A stretch of 32,000 bases of DNA from Aeromonas phage avDM4. The number at the start of each line of letters is the position of its first letter. The first letter of the stretch is position 1. This document shows positions 15,730-24,033 of the stretch, in pieces. The stretch lies in sequence record OP380596.1; one strand, written 5' to 3'. The position numbers and the translations under genes were made by a program. Below the pieces are notes generated by a model that saw only the letters and a list, made by a program, of their open reading frames with translations, was not told the DNA's origin and ran no database searches.

Positions 15730-16203
15730 ATGCTCTTAAATTCCAAATCTGCTGATGAATTAAAACAGAAATTGTTTGAAGAACAAAATAAGTGTTGTAA
15801 ATTGTGTGGAAACGAGTTTGACGGTCCATACAATAAACAGCATTTAGATCACGATCACGTATTGCAAGGCCCGAATGCCGGAAAGATTCGAGGTCTACTT
15901 TGCAGTAGATGCAATCTACTTGAAGGCATAATGAAACACAAGTTTATACGGTCAGGATTAAAGGCAAAGGATGTTGATTACATCCAATGGATGAGATCGC
16001 TATTAGAATATGTAGATTCAGATCATTCAAAAAATCCAATACACCCGAATTATGTTTCCGACATGACCAAAAATTTCTCGCGGAAAAACTTGAGTGAAAT
16101 GAAGGCCGAACTACGCGAACGAGGATTTGAATTTGATGAAAAAGATCAAAAAGCTGTTTTAGTCAAAAAATTCAGAAAGCAATTTAAGAAGGCCATTCAA
16201 TGA
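15730..16203 (+). CDS. 49: Recombination endonuclease VII (Holliday junction resolvase, gp49)
   Basis: 157 aa; zinc/HNH-type CCKLCGNEF...HLDHDHVLQGPNAGKIRGLLCSRCNLLEG. Confidence 0.95.
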   Translation: MLLNSKSADELKQKLFEEQNKCCKLCGNEFDGPYNKQHLDHDHVLQGPNAGKIRGLLCSRCNLLEGIMKHKFIRSGLKAKDVDYIQWMRSLLEYVDSDHSKNPIHPNYVSDMTKNFSRKNLSEMKAELRERGFEFDEKDQKAVLVKKFRKQFKKAIQ

Positions 16204-18026
16204 CTACCCGATCACTTGTAAAGCAATTAGTAGAAGGCCAATCTGGCCTGCACCACGAAAATGCGAATAAAAACGCTGACGTTATCCCGACCATGCGAGA
16301 TATGATGGCATCTATCTCCTCAAAGGATTACGCTAAAAGCATTTTGCCATCTCATTTAATCGAAGCACACGATAGTGGAGATATTCATATTCATGATCTA
16401 GATTATGCTTTTACTCTTCCAATGACAAATTGTTGCTTGGTTAATCTCAAAGAAATGTTCAAAAATGGCTTCAAAATGGGTGATGCCCAAATTGAAGAGC
16501 CTAAATCCTTTGGTGTAGCTTCAGCCATTATGGCTCAAATTACTGCACAAGTTTCTTCCCACCAATACGGCGGGACTACTCTTGCCAACGTTGACCAAGT
16601 CCTTGCGCCATACGCCATAATGTCGTGGAATAAGCATTTTTCTGTCGGTTGCAGTTTCATCAGCGACAATGAGAAAATTGAAAAATATGCATACGAGATG
16701 ACCGCAAAAGAAATCTATGACGGTATGCAAGCTTTCGAATACGAAGTCAACACGATGTTTACCACGAATGGCCAAACACCGTTCGTGACAATCACATTTG
16801 GGATGGGAACTAACTGGTTCGAAAAAGAAATTCAAAAAGCTATTTTGAAAGTACGAATCAAGGGTCTTGGAAAGAATGGCATCACGCCAGTATTTCCAAA
16901 ACTCGTTATGTTCATGGAAGCTGGTATAAACTTAAATCCTGGAGATCCAAACTATGAAATTAAACACCTTGCTCTGGAATGTTCAGCCAAGCGAATGTAC
17001 CCTGACATTATCAGCGCGAAAAACAACCGATCCATCACTGGTAGTAAGACTCCTGTTAGTCCAATGGGTTGCCGGTCTTTCTTGGCTGGTATAAAGTCTG
17101 GCGAACTAGATGGCAGAAACAATTTAGGTGTTGTCTCTGTCAATATTCCCCGGATTGCTATCGAAGCAAACGGATCACAAGAATCATTCTTTAAACTGTT
17201 ACAAGAACGTTTTGAATTGTCAGTTGAAGCATCTCTTGAACGAATTAAACACCTAGAAGGTGCTAAGGCAAAAGCCGCCCCAATTCTCTACACTGAAGGG
17301 GCCTTTGGTCTATATCTTAATCCGGAAGAAGAGTTTTTGCCACATTTGAAAGAACGAGCTTCGATTTCAATTGGTTATATTGGCCTTTACGAAGCTGCTC
17401 TGATTATGACTGGCAAATCGACAGCTAATGATCTAGAAGCGCGCAATTTTGCGCTTTCGATCGCAACATATCTCGATTTTTCATGCGCAAAAGCAAAACT
17501 CAACACCGGATGGAACTTTAGCCTTTATTCTACTCCGTCTGAGTCGCTGTGCGACAGATTCTGCCAGTTGGATCGCAAGAAATATGGCGTTATCGAAGGA
17601 ATTACGGACAAGGATTGGTATACGAATAGCTTCCATATTCCTGTGGATGCCGAGTTGAACCCGTATGACAAAATAGATGCCGAAAAAGAATTCCATTGGA
17701 TTGCATCAGGTGGGCATATCAGCTATGTCGAACTACCCAATATGCGAAACAATCTCGAGGCCCTTGAGCAAATTTGGGATTACGCGATGGAAAATCTTTC
17801 CTATTTTGGAACAAACACACCTGTCGATAAATGCTATGAATGCGGTTTTGACGGTGAATTCAAATGCACCTCGAAAGGATTTAGTTGTCCAAGCTGTGGT
17901 AACCACGATTCGTCAAAGATGTCAGTTATCCGAAGAGTTTGCGGGTATCTCGGTGCTCCGTTGGCGAGAGGATTCAATAAAGGCAAACAAGCCGAGGTTT
18001 CATCACGTGTCAAGCATGTGAAATAA
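16200..18026 (+). CDS. nrdD: Anaerobic ribonucleoside-triphosphate reductase large subunit
   Basis: 608 aa; HIHDLDY, CxxC-CPSC zinc site (CYECGFDGEFKCTSKGFSCPSCG), C-terminal glycyl-radical segment VIRRVCGYLGAP; overlaps gp49. Confidence 0.95.
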   Translation: MTTRSLVKQLVEGQSGLHHENANKNADVIPTMRDMMASISSKDYAKSILPSHLIEAHDSGDIHIHDLDYAFTLPMTNCCLVNLKEMFKNGFKMGDAQIEEPKSFGVASAIMAQITAQVSSHQYGGTTLANVDQVLAPYAIMSWNKHFSVGCSFISDNEKIEKYAYEMTAKEIYDGMQAFEYEVNTMFTTNGQTPFVTITFGMGTNWFEKEIQKAILKVRIKGLGKNGITPVFPKLVMFMEAGINLNPGDPNYEIKHLALECSAKRMYPDIISAKNNRSITGSKTPVSPMGCRSFLAGIKSGELDGRNNLGVVSVNIPRIAIEANGSQESFFKLLQERFELSVEASLERIKHLEGAKAKAAPILYTEGAFGLYLNPEEEFLPHLKERASISIGYIGLYEAALIMTGKSTANDLEARNFALSIATYLDFSCAKAKLNTGWNFSLYSTPSESLCDRFCQLDRKKYGVIEGITDKDWYTNSFHIPVDAELNPYDKIDAEKEFHWIASGGHISYVELPNMRNNLEALEQIWDYAMENLSYFGTNTPVDKCYECGFDGEFKCTSKGFSCPSCGNHDSSKMSVIRRVCGYLGAPLARGFNKGKQAEVSSRVKHVK

Positions 18027-18039
18027 TTTTAAAAACTTG

Positions 18040-18080
18040 TTTACATTTGTGCAGATGTGTGTTAATATACATCTGCACAA
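18040..18080 (+). promoter_or_regulatory. Early-type promoter with 12-bp palindrome over the -10
   Basis: TTTACA (18040-18045), 17 nt, TAATAT (18063-18068); TTGTGCAGATGT (18047-18058)/ACATCTGCACAA (18069-18080) perfect. Confidence 0.8.
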
Positions 18081-18105
18081 ACTAAACAGTCCAAATGAGG
18101 TTATT

Positions 18106-18417
18106 ATGTCTGATATTAAGAAAAGTATTGAAACCTTTGAAAAGAAATTCCAGGATATTAAGTCCATTCTGGAAACCCCAATGGATAAAGCTGAAGCTCA
18201 ACAGGCAATCCGCAAACTGAATTCTATGTCTGAGGAATTTGAATCAATCGCTCAAGCTGTCGCTGATCGATTCTGCATTTCCTTCTCGACTGGTGATTAT
18301 GGATATGGCCGTACCTATTATCCTAAAGGCCATGACTTTTGGACAGAAAGCAACGCTGAAGAGTATGGCCAAGGAACCGAGAATGGCTACTGGCTCAGTT
18401 CCTCTGATATGTGTTAA
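18106..18417 (+). CDS. Hypothetical protein
   Basis: ATG 18106 (MSDIKKSIETFEKKFQDI...); ORF-track start lies within the promoter. Confidence 0.75.
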   Translation: MSDIKKSIETFEKKFQDIKSILETPMDKAEAQQAIRKLNSMSEEFESIAQAVADRFCISFSTGDYGYGRTYYPKGHDFWTESNAEEYGQGTENGYWLSSSDMC

Positions 18418-18428
18418 GGAGAAAAGAA

Positions 18429-18644
18429 ATGGCTCGTTCTAATGAATTGGTAGAAAAAGCACAACAACTTCAAAAACTTCTCGTCGAAGTTGAAGCTTTG
18501 GCAACCGCGCATGATTATGGCATGGAAATCAATGGCAATGAAGTTGATTTCGACGACTGGTTGTCAAGCAGTTGCTATGGCGAAGGTTCTGAATCATTTG
18601 GCATTAATGCAGATGGCTCTGTATGGATGGAAAGTAGTTGCTAG
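18429..18644 (+). CDS. Hypothetical small acidic protein
   Basis: MARSNELVEKAQQLQKLL..., AAGGAG SD, followed by terminator. Confidence 0.7.
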   Translation: MARSNELVEKAQQLQKLLVEVEALATAHDYGMEINGNEVDFDDWLSSSCYGEGSESFGINADGSVWMESSC

Positions 18645-18649
18645 TCAAA

Positions 18650-18672
18650 GGGCTCTCCGGAGCCCTAATTTG
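18650..18672 (+). terminator. Intrinsic terminator
   Basis: GGGCTC-TCCG-GAGCCC then TAATTT. Confidence 0.65.
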
Positions 18673-18683
18673 AGGATTTTGTT

Positions 18684-19589
18684 ATGATTATTGTTGGCTC
18701 TCGTGCTTTTCAAGCTAGGCTAATTCCATTTGTTGCTCCTACAGTAAATATGGACCATGACTTCATTGCATACGAAGAAGAATGGAACGAATATCAAGCC
18801 AGAATGCAAGGTCGGACTATTGAAGTAAAAAACCCGAATGTTCGAGCTTTCGTCGTCGGTGATGGTAAATCTCGTTGCTGTTATCACGAAGCATATATCG
18901 TTCAACCTGGCTCGTCCGATGAAATGATTTACAAACTCATGGATGCTGTTCCCGGTAAAGACGTATATGCCACTCCCGAAATTCTTCTCGCCATGAAAAT
19001 GGCTCATCGGTTCAAAAAGAACACTCGCAATTTCATCAAAACCATGATGCACATTCATGAATTGCGTGAATTTGGTATAGTCATGGGGCCTGAACACGTG
19101 GAAATTTTCAAAAAGCGTGAACAAGAATCTCTGAATTATGGCCACCCGAAGCTTAACGTCGGTAAAGGCGCATTTTTCAAAGACGACATCTATACCTATG
19201 ATCATGACACAATTCACGAAGCAGTGGCGGTTGACGGTATTCCAGCATATCGATCATACATGGTTGATGGCGCTGAAGTAATGACGTCAAAAGAAAAATT
19301 CTTTAATTGCTCTCGTCGTATTCAGTTGATGGGTGTTTATGAAGAATCTTGTGTTTTGGCTCTGGAACGTTGTCTTATTCCTTTCCCAGGAAAAGTTCAA
19401 CCCTATAAAGCTTTTCAAATGGCCCTTGAGAAAGTATGCACGTCTATTACATCTGGTTGGTTCCGTGAATTTGCATGGGAAAATTATTGTGACGTTATGA
19501 AAATTTACGCCGATCAAGCCAGGGCTGGCGACTCATACGACGAATTGTTCAAACGAAACCAGCATCTCCTGAAAATTCACAGTAAATAA
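18684..19589 (+). CDS. Putative NTase-fold protein
   Basis: Starts MIIVGSRAF... with NMDHDFIAY downstream, compatible with GS...DxD NTase-like signature; 301 aa. Confidence 0.55.
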   Translation: MIIVGSRAFQARLIPFVAPTVNMDHDFIAYEEEWNEYQARMQGRTIEVKNPNVRAFVVGDGKSRCCYHEAYIVQPGSSDEMIYKLMDAVPGKDVYATPEILLAMKMAHRFKKNTRNFIKTMMHIHELREFGIVMGPEHVEIFKKREQESLNYGHPKLNVGKGAFFKDDIYTYDHDTIHEAVAVDGIPAYRSYMVDGAEVMTSKEKFFNCSRRIQLMGVYEESCVLALERCLIPFPGKVQPYKAFQMALEKVCTSITSGWFREFAWENYCDVMKIYADQARAGDSYDELFKRNQHLLKIHSK

Positions 19590-19620
19590 ATATGGATTTT
19601 CACATAGGAGGAGGTATACT

Positions 19621-19722
19621 GTGGAAGGATACATAGTCCAACAAAAGTTCGTCAGAACTGACATCCCGGCACCAGAACCGGAAAAAGAGGATGAATCCGA
19701 AAATCCTAAAACAGACGAATAG
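19621..19722 (+). CDS. 33-aa small ORF (not in ORF track)
   Basis: GTG start with very strong SD AGGAGGAGGT: VEGYIVQQKFVRTDIPAPEPEKEDESENPKTDE. Confidence 0.5.
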   Translation: MEGYIVQQKFVRTDIPAPEPEKEDESENPKTDE

Positions 19723-19740
19723 AAGCTGTTAATAGTTTAT

Positions 19741-19773
19741 GCCCAGGTGTTATAATGACCCTGGGCATTTTTG
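19741..19773 (+). terminator. Terminator-like hairpin with an extended -10 (TGTTATAAT) inside the loop
   Basis: GCCCAGG (19741-19747)/CCTGGGC (19760-19766) then ATTTTTG; TGTTATAAT at 19748-19756. Confidence 0.6.
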
Positions 19774-19788
19774 TAATTGGAGAATGTA

Positions 19789-20145
19789 GTGGATGAAATG
19801 CATATTGAAGCACAAAAACAGATTCGAGAAGCTGAATGGTCTGTTCGCACAGCAAAACACGCTCGAATGCGCGAACTGCGAAACGCATATGTAGAAGAAA
19901 AAGAAGCTGGCCGAGTCGAATCTGAACTTATTTCAGAAGATCATGTTGCTAAAGCTATTTCGAGTTATTTGAAGTCGAATGAATATGACGTAATGCTTGA
20001 CCGTAGAAAAGAAGTCGCAAAACAAAAATTTCGTTGTCCATGTTGCGATACCGATCAAATCCAACTTGTTTCATGGGTTAATAAAGTAGTTGATCTTCGA
20101 TGCCGCAAATGCAACCGGAAATTTATTTGGGAGTCTCCGATATGA
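19789..20145 (+). CDS. Zinc-ribbon protein
   Basis: GTG 19789 with GGAG at 19779-19782; C-terminal CPCCDTDQIQLVSWVNKVVDLRCRKC. Confidence 0.65.
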   Translation: MDEMHIEAQKQIREAEWSVRTAKHARMRELRNAYVEEKEAGRVESELISEDHVAKAISSYLKSNEYDVMLDRRKEVAKQKFRCPCCDTDQIQLVSWVNKVVDLRCRKCNRKFIWESPI

Positions 20146-20447
20146 TGTTTGAAGAAGCTAAAGAGTTAATAAACCGCCCTCCTAAACTTTTCTTTGGTAA
20201 AGAATATGATGGGACTCATGTAGGCAGTATTTTGGAAAAAATACAGAAATACAATGGTCCAGGAGATGCTTATCGAGTGGAGTATCGGGTACTGCTAGAC
20301 GGCGGTGATGTCGTAACTGGAGTAGGAATAGCCAATTATAACTGGATAACAAAAGTTGGCTACAGGCCTGATGTTGAAATAACAAGAATCAAACCCACGG
20401 AAGCGACGTTAGACCGATGGAGCTGTATATTCGGAGAAATGGCATGA
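20142..20447 (+). CDS. Hypothetical protein
   Basis: ATG 20142 overlapping previous stop; MMFEEAKELINRPPKLFFGKEYDG... Confidence 0.65.
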   Translation: MMFEEAKELINRPPKLFFGKEYDGTHVGSILEKIQKYNGPGDAYRVEYRVLLDGGDVVTGVGIANYNWITKVGYRPDVEITRIKPTEATLDRWSCIFGEMA

Positions 20448-20719
20448 TTGAAATATACGGAATTGTTTCAAAATCGCACAAATGCCCAGCATGCGACTTT
20501 ATTGTCAAACGTCTTGAAGAAGATGGCATAGAATATTCCATAAAAACTGTTTTGCGGGATGCTAAAACTGATCTCGGGTTTGAGTACCAGCGAGACGTTA
20601 TCGATGAGCTCAGGCGTCGTATAAGGCAACCCAAAGGTTCCCTGGAGCTTCCCAAGGTTTTTGTTAATGGGATATACATCGGCGGTGCCAAAGCTCTCCT
20701 GGATTATCTGGATTCATAG
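20444..20719 (+). CDS. nrdC: Glutaredoxin/thioredoxin-like redox protein
   Basis: CPACDFIVKRLEEDGIEY...LPKVFVNGIYIGGAKALLDYL: CxxC and cis-Pro/GG motifs. Confidence 0.85.
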   Translation: MIEIYGIVSKSHKCPACDFIVKRLEEDGIEYSIKTVLRDAKTDLGFEYQRDVIDELRRRIRQPKGSLELPKVFVNGIYIGGAKALLDYLDS

Positions 20720-20740
20720 GCCTCTTCGGAGGCCTTTTTC
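20718..20740 (+). terminator. Intrinsic terminator
   Basis: AGGCCTC-TTCG-GAGGCCTTTTTC. Confidence 0.9.
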
Positions 20741-20750
20741 GTAAAAGTAG

Positions 20751-20779
20751 TGTACAAGGTGTTTTTACGATGATAAGAT
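20751..20779 (+). promoter_or_regulatory. Early-type promoter
   Basis: TGTACA, 17 nt, TAAGAT, immediately after the terminator. Confidence 0.65.
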
Positions 20780-20811
20780 AAGTCACAAGTTAAATGAATG
20801 AGATTTACATT

Positions 20812-21162
20812 ATGATCGATATACCAAATATCATTGAAAATATGAACAAAATGTTTGCGATTCTTGGGTATAAGCCCAATAATGGCAAAGCATGGACAGG
20901 CTATGTTGACGCAGAAGGTAAAGGCCGTCAACCAATCAATTGGCAAACTGCTAAAATGGTAGGCTTGAACATCTGGTCACCGCTGTGCCAACATGAGAAA
21001 CTGTTTGGAATTACTGCAACCCCTCAACAACTTGATGAAGTTCGCAAGTTTGCAAAAGACAACCAACGAACAATTGGTTGGTCAAATATGCTAGTGTATG
21101 ACAAAAAGAACAAACAAATTAGAGCAATGCGTTTGATTGCTAATCCTATGTCAACTATGTGA
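20812..21162 (+). CDS. Hypothetical protein
   Basis: MIDIPNIIENMNKMFAILGYKPNNGKAWTGYVDAEG...; the alternative ATG at 20794 adds six residues. Confidence 0.65.
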   Translation: MIDIPNIIENMNKMFAILGYKPNNGKAWTGYVDAEGKGRQPINWQTAKMVGLNIWSPLCQHEKLFGITATPQQLDEVRKFAKDNQRTIGWSNMLVYDKKNKQIRAMRLIANPMSTM

Positions 21163-21170
21163 GAAATACT

Positions 21171-21758
21171 ATGTCTATGAAAAATATTGCCGAATTTATT
21201 CGTACAAAAATCAACTCGTTTGTCAAGAAAAATACTTCGGTCGAAGACCAATACGCGAAAGCAGCAGAACAAGTGATTAGCCAAATCACCAGGCTGGAAA
21301 CGGCACATGTGAAATCCGTTTCAGAAGAAAAACGGCTGCGTCAATATGCAAAAGATAAGCAAGCTGAGGCGCGACGAAAAGATAATGAAATTCGTATGCT
21401 CATGAATCAAAATGTTCCCGTCGAAACTCATGTTAAACTTGCTATTCTGTACCGTCGTACGGCAGATGCACTGAATGCCAAAGCCGATGAGCTGGAAAAA
21501 ATGCGGGACGAGATTAAGCTGGCGGTTGTTGAACTTGACAATTCTCGCTTAGACTTGGCTGCTAAACTTGAGTTTATTCGTGAAACACGTAATGCGGAAG
21601 CGCTTGGTATTTCTTGCTCCGAAGATGTCATCGAATTGGCCGGTCTCACCAAGGTCGATGTCAACGATGTTATGATGCGCATCGAAACCTTCAACGGCGA
21701 CAAGCAAACGTCTGTGACAATTAGCGAAATCGAAAATTACATAAATGGTCTGAAGTAA
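21171..21758 (+). CDS. Coiled-coil protein, possible PspA/IM30 (YjfJ-like) relative
   Basis: Long helical protein with PspA-like layout: short N-terminal amphipathic segment, Ala/Glu/Lys/Arg coiled coil, RETRNAEAL region. Confidence 0.6.
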   Translation: MSMKNIAEFIRTKINSFVKKNTSVEDQYAKAAEQVISQITRLETAHVKSVSEEKRLRQYAKDKQAEARRKDNEIRMLMNQNVPVETHVKLAILYRRTADALNAKADELEKMRDEIKLAVVELDNSRLDLAAKLEFIRETRNAEALGISCSEDVIELAGLTKVDVNDVMMRIETFNGDKQTSVTISEIENYINGLK

Positions 21759-21762
21759 TTAA

Positions 21763-21786
21763 AAAGGGCCTCCTCGGAGGCCCTTT
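21763..21786 (+). terminator. Intrinsic terminator
   Basis: AAAGGGCCTC-CTCG-GAGGCCCTTT. Confidence 0.85.
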
Positions 21787-21803
21787 GAAAATGGAGTATG
21801 TTA

Positions 21804-22667
21804 ATGATTTGCTCAACACTAGTAACTTTGATCGACCCAAACGGAATTCGAACTAACTATTGGTATAATCAAGCGACAATGACATATACCAATGCGAAAG
21901 GCGAATCTATCGACGCATACACTGCTGGTTCTATGGGATATACTATCTGCCGAACCGAAGAAGCCAAAGAAACGATCGATTCGTTTCTCGAACTGTCTAA
22001 TGCCGAAATGAAAAAGAATTATCGTGAAATGATAGGTAAAGATCGTCAGATTGAACGTGAAGAGCATGATGGGAGTGCTAAAATGGATTATGAAACTTTG
22101 GCTAGAGCCACTGAAACCGCCGATAGTCTTAGACTCAATAAGATTAAAACGAGTGATCTTTTGAATTTGAACGCGCAGTATCTTTCAACTGTTTCTGGTA
22201 TGTCAGCTGCTGCGGCTGCCCTTGAACAAATCTCTGGTGGTATTCAAATTGGAGTAGAACGGCGATGGAAGCGGACGTCGGAAGCCAGCCATGGTGAAAA
22301 GTATATCGCACATTATAGCATTTTGCCTGTAGCAGATTTCAGAGCCGTTGGTGACGCAATCAAATTCGTCAAACTCCTGCGGTCTGCACATCCTAAGCTG
22401 TCACATATCGGTTATACAAAATTGGCTTACACTAAACTGGCTTTAAACAACCGCGAAACTGACGTAAAATTTGTCAAAGAATGGAATAGCCCATTTACCG
22501 AGGACGTGCTTATCAATATCATGCTTGAAAAAGGCTATAACATGTCGATCAGCTGCCCAAATCAAATGTTGCTGTTGGGTGAGTTGTCGAATTCTGACAT
22601 TCCCGAAATCTCGCGAATTGAAATGTTTGTAGACTATTGCCGCCGAACTGCTCCGAAGAGAGACTGA
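21804..22667 (+). CDS. Hypothetical protein
   Basis: ATG 21804 has better-spaced GGAG than ATG 21798; about 287 aa. Confidence 0.65.
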   Translation: MICSTLVTLIDPNGIRTNYWYNQATMTYTNAKGESIDAYTAGSMGYTICRTEEAKETIDSFLELSNAEMKKNYREMIGKDRQIEREEHDGSAKMDYETLARATETADSLRLNKIKTSDLLNLNAQYLSTVSGMSAAAAALEQISGGIQIGVERRWKRTSEASHGEKYIAHYSILPVADFRAVGDAIKFVKLLRSAHPKLSHIGYTKLAYTKLALNNRETDVKFVKEWNSPFTEDVLINIMLEKGYNMSISCPNQMLLLGELSNSDIPEISRIEMFVDYCRRTAPKRD

Positions 22668-22672
22668 AACAG

Positions 22673-22701
22673 TTTACAATGACCGTCAATCGTGATAAGA
22701 T
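22673..22701 (+). promoter_or_regulatory. Early-type promoter
   Basis: TTTACA, 17 nt, TAAGAT. Confidence 0.65.
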
Positions 22702-22746
22702 AATATAGCCGAAACAAGCATTCAAATTTTAGAGAGGAATTCAAAC

Positions 22747-23085
22747 ATGTCTAACGCATTCATTGCTGTTCGTAACTTCGCTGTACACACCGCTGCCGCC
22801 GAATTCACCACTGATAATATTCTTGGTAGTGAAATCACCGAACAAATGATCGACAAAGTTGAAAACACAGTATGGGATGCTATGATGGAAGCGGGTGTTA
22901 CTGGCATTGGACGCCGAGCGATTCGCAGTGTTATCGTGCAATATATTGCGGATGAATTCGGCACTCAGCCGTTTGGCCACACTCCTACACACGCGGGTTA
23001 CAAGCAAGTCGCCGAAGATGCGTACAAGAAATATCAAGGAAAAGCTCGCAAAATCCGCCAAGAAATGTACGGCAGCAAGCGATAA
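22747..23085 (+). CDS. Hypothetical protein
   Basis: 112 aa ORF after promoter, GAGAGG upstream. Confidence 0.7.
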   Translation: MSNAFIAVRNFAVHTAAAEFTTDNILGSEITEQMIDKVENTVWDAMMEAGVTGIGRRAIRSVIVQYIADEFGTQPFGHTPTHAGYKQVAEDAYKKYQGKARKIRQEMYGSKR

Positions 23086-23137
23086 TTTTCTTAGCTCCAA
23101 ATAAAGGCCACAGTCTTTCCGAAAAGAGGATATTGCA

Positions 23138-23392
23138 ATGGAATTCAAAATTATTGTTTCAAGCCGTCACGCTGGTCCGATTGATCGCTATATTATGGAT
23201 TTGAAAAACATCGACCGTGTTTGTCCGGGCGGGTGCGAAATGCATATTTTACGCACTACTTCTGGTGCTGATATCATTTTCTGCGCTGACGGTTATGACC
23301 CCGAATTGTACAATGAAGTTCACCGACATGTTCATTACATTCTGAATGCTATTCGCGTGCCAGCTGGTGCACATGTTGTCGGAGTTATATAA
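23138..23392 (+). CDS. Hypothetical protein
   Basis: 84 aa, AGAGGA upstream. Confidence 0.7.
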   Translation: MEFKIIVSSRHAGPIDRYIMDLKNIDRVCPGGCEMHILRTTSGADIIFCADGYDPELYNEVHRHVHYILNAIRVPAGAHVVGVI

Positions 23393-23457
23393 TGTGAAAT
23401 TATGACAGCCAGGTCGAGAAAGCTGTTAGCAAATTTATCTATGCGGAATAATTAAAA

Positions 23458-24033
23458 ATGAATTTCAAGGGCTTTTATACTGGTGTAGGGAGTCGCGAGA
23501 CTCCCGAACATATTTGTCGTTTGATGAAAGATATCGCAGCTGTTGCTGCGATCAGAGGATATACCGGGCGTTCTGGTGGTGCCGATAGAGCAGATGACGC
23601 ATTTGAAACTGGATTTTTAGCAGTCGCCGATAGTTTAGCCATCGATAATATGGCTGAATTTGATGTTTATCTGCCATGGAAACGATTCAATGGCCGTTTT
23701 GCACCAAAACATGCTCGTCACAACCTCATTTTACCAAGCGCCAACGAGTGGGACGCCGAGCAAATCATGAAAACGGTCCACCCAATTTACTCCAAAGGAG
23801 GTAAATTGACCGGTGGTGCTCTTGCACTTCATACTCGAAATGTGTATCAAGTTCTAGGTTATAATCTGAAAACACCTTCAGAATTCTTGGTGTGTTATTC
23901 GGTTCCAACGGATAACGGAGTTTCTGGAGGAACAAATACTGCGTGGCAGCTTGCAATGCGTCATGGTGTAGAGTGTTATAATCTTTACAACCAGTTTGAC
24001 ATTGAGCGGCTTAAGGAATTTTTGGATCTGTGA
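23458..24033 (+). CDS. SLOG/DprA-LOG superfamily Rossmann-like protein
   Basis: FYTGVGSRETPEHICRLM...GYTGRSGGADRADDAFETG: GSR.TP and GGA.GAD-type motifs. Confidence 0.7.
   Translation: MNFKGFYTGVGSRETPEHICRLMKDIAAVAAIRGYTGRSGGADRADDAFETGFLAVADSLAIDNMAEFDVYLPWKRFNGRFAPKHARHNLILPSANEWDAEQIMKTVHPIYSKGGKLTGGALALHTRNVYQVLGYNLKTPSEFLVCYSVPTDNGVSGGTNTAWQLAMRHGVECYNLYNQFDIERLKEFLDL

Noticed and set aside
22741-23148. 135-aa minus-strand ORF opposite CDS 22747
   Set aside because: The plus-strand ORF has an upstream early promoter and SD; the minus ORF has neither.
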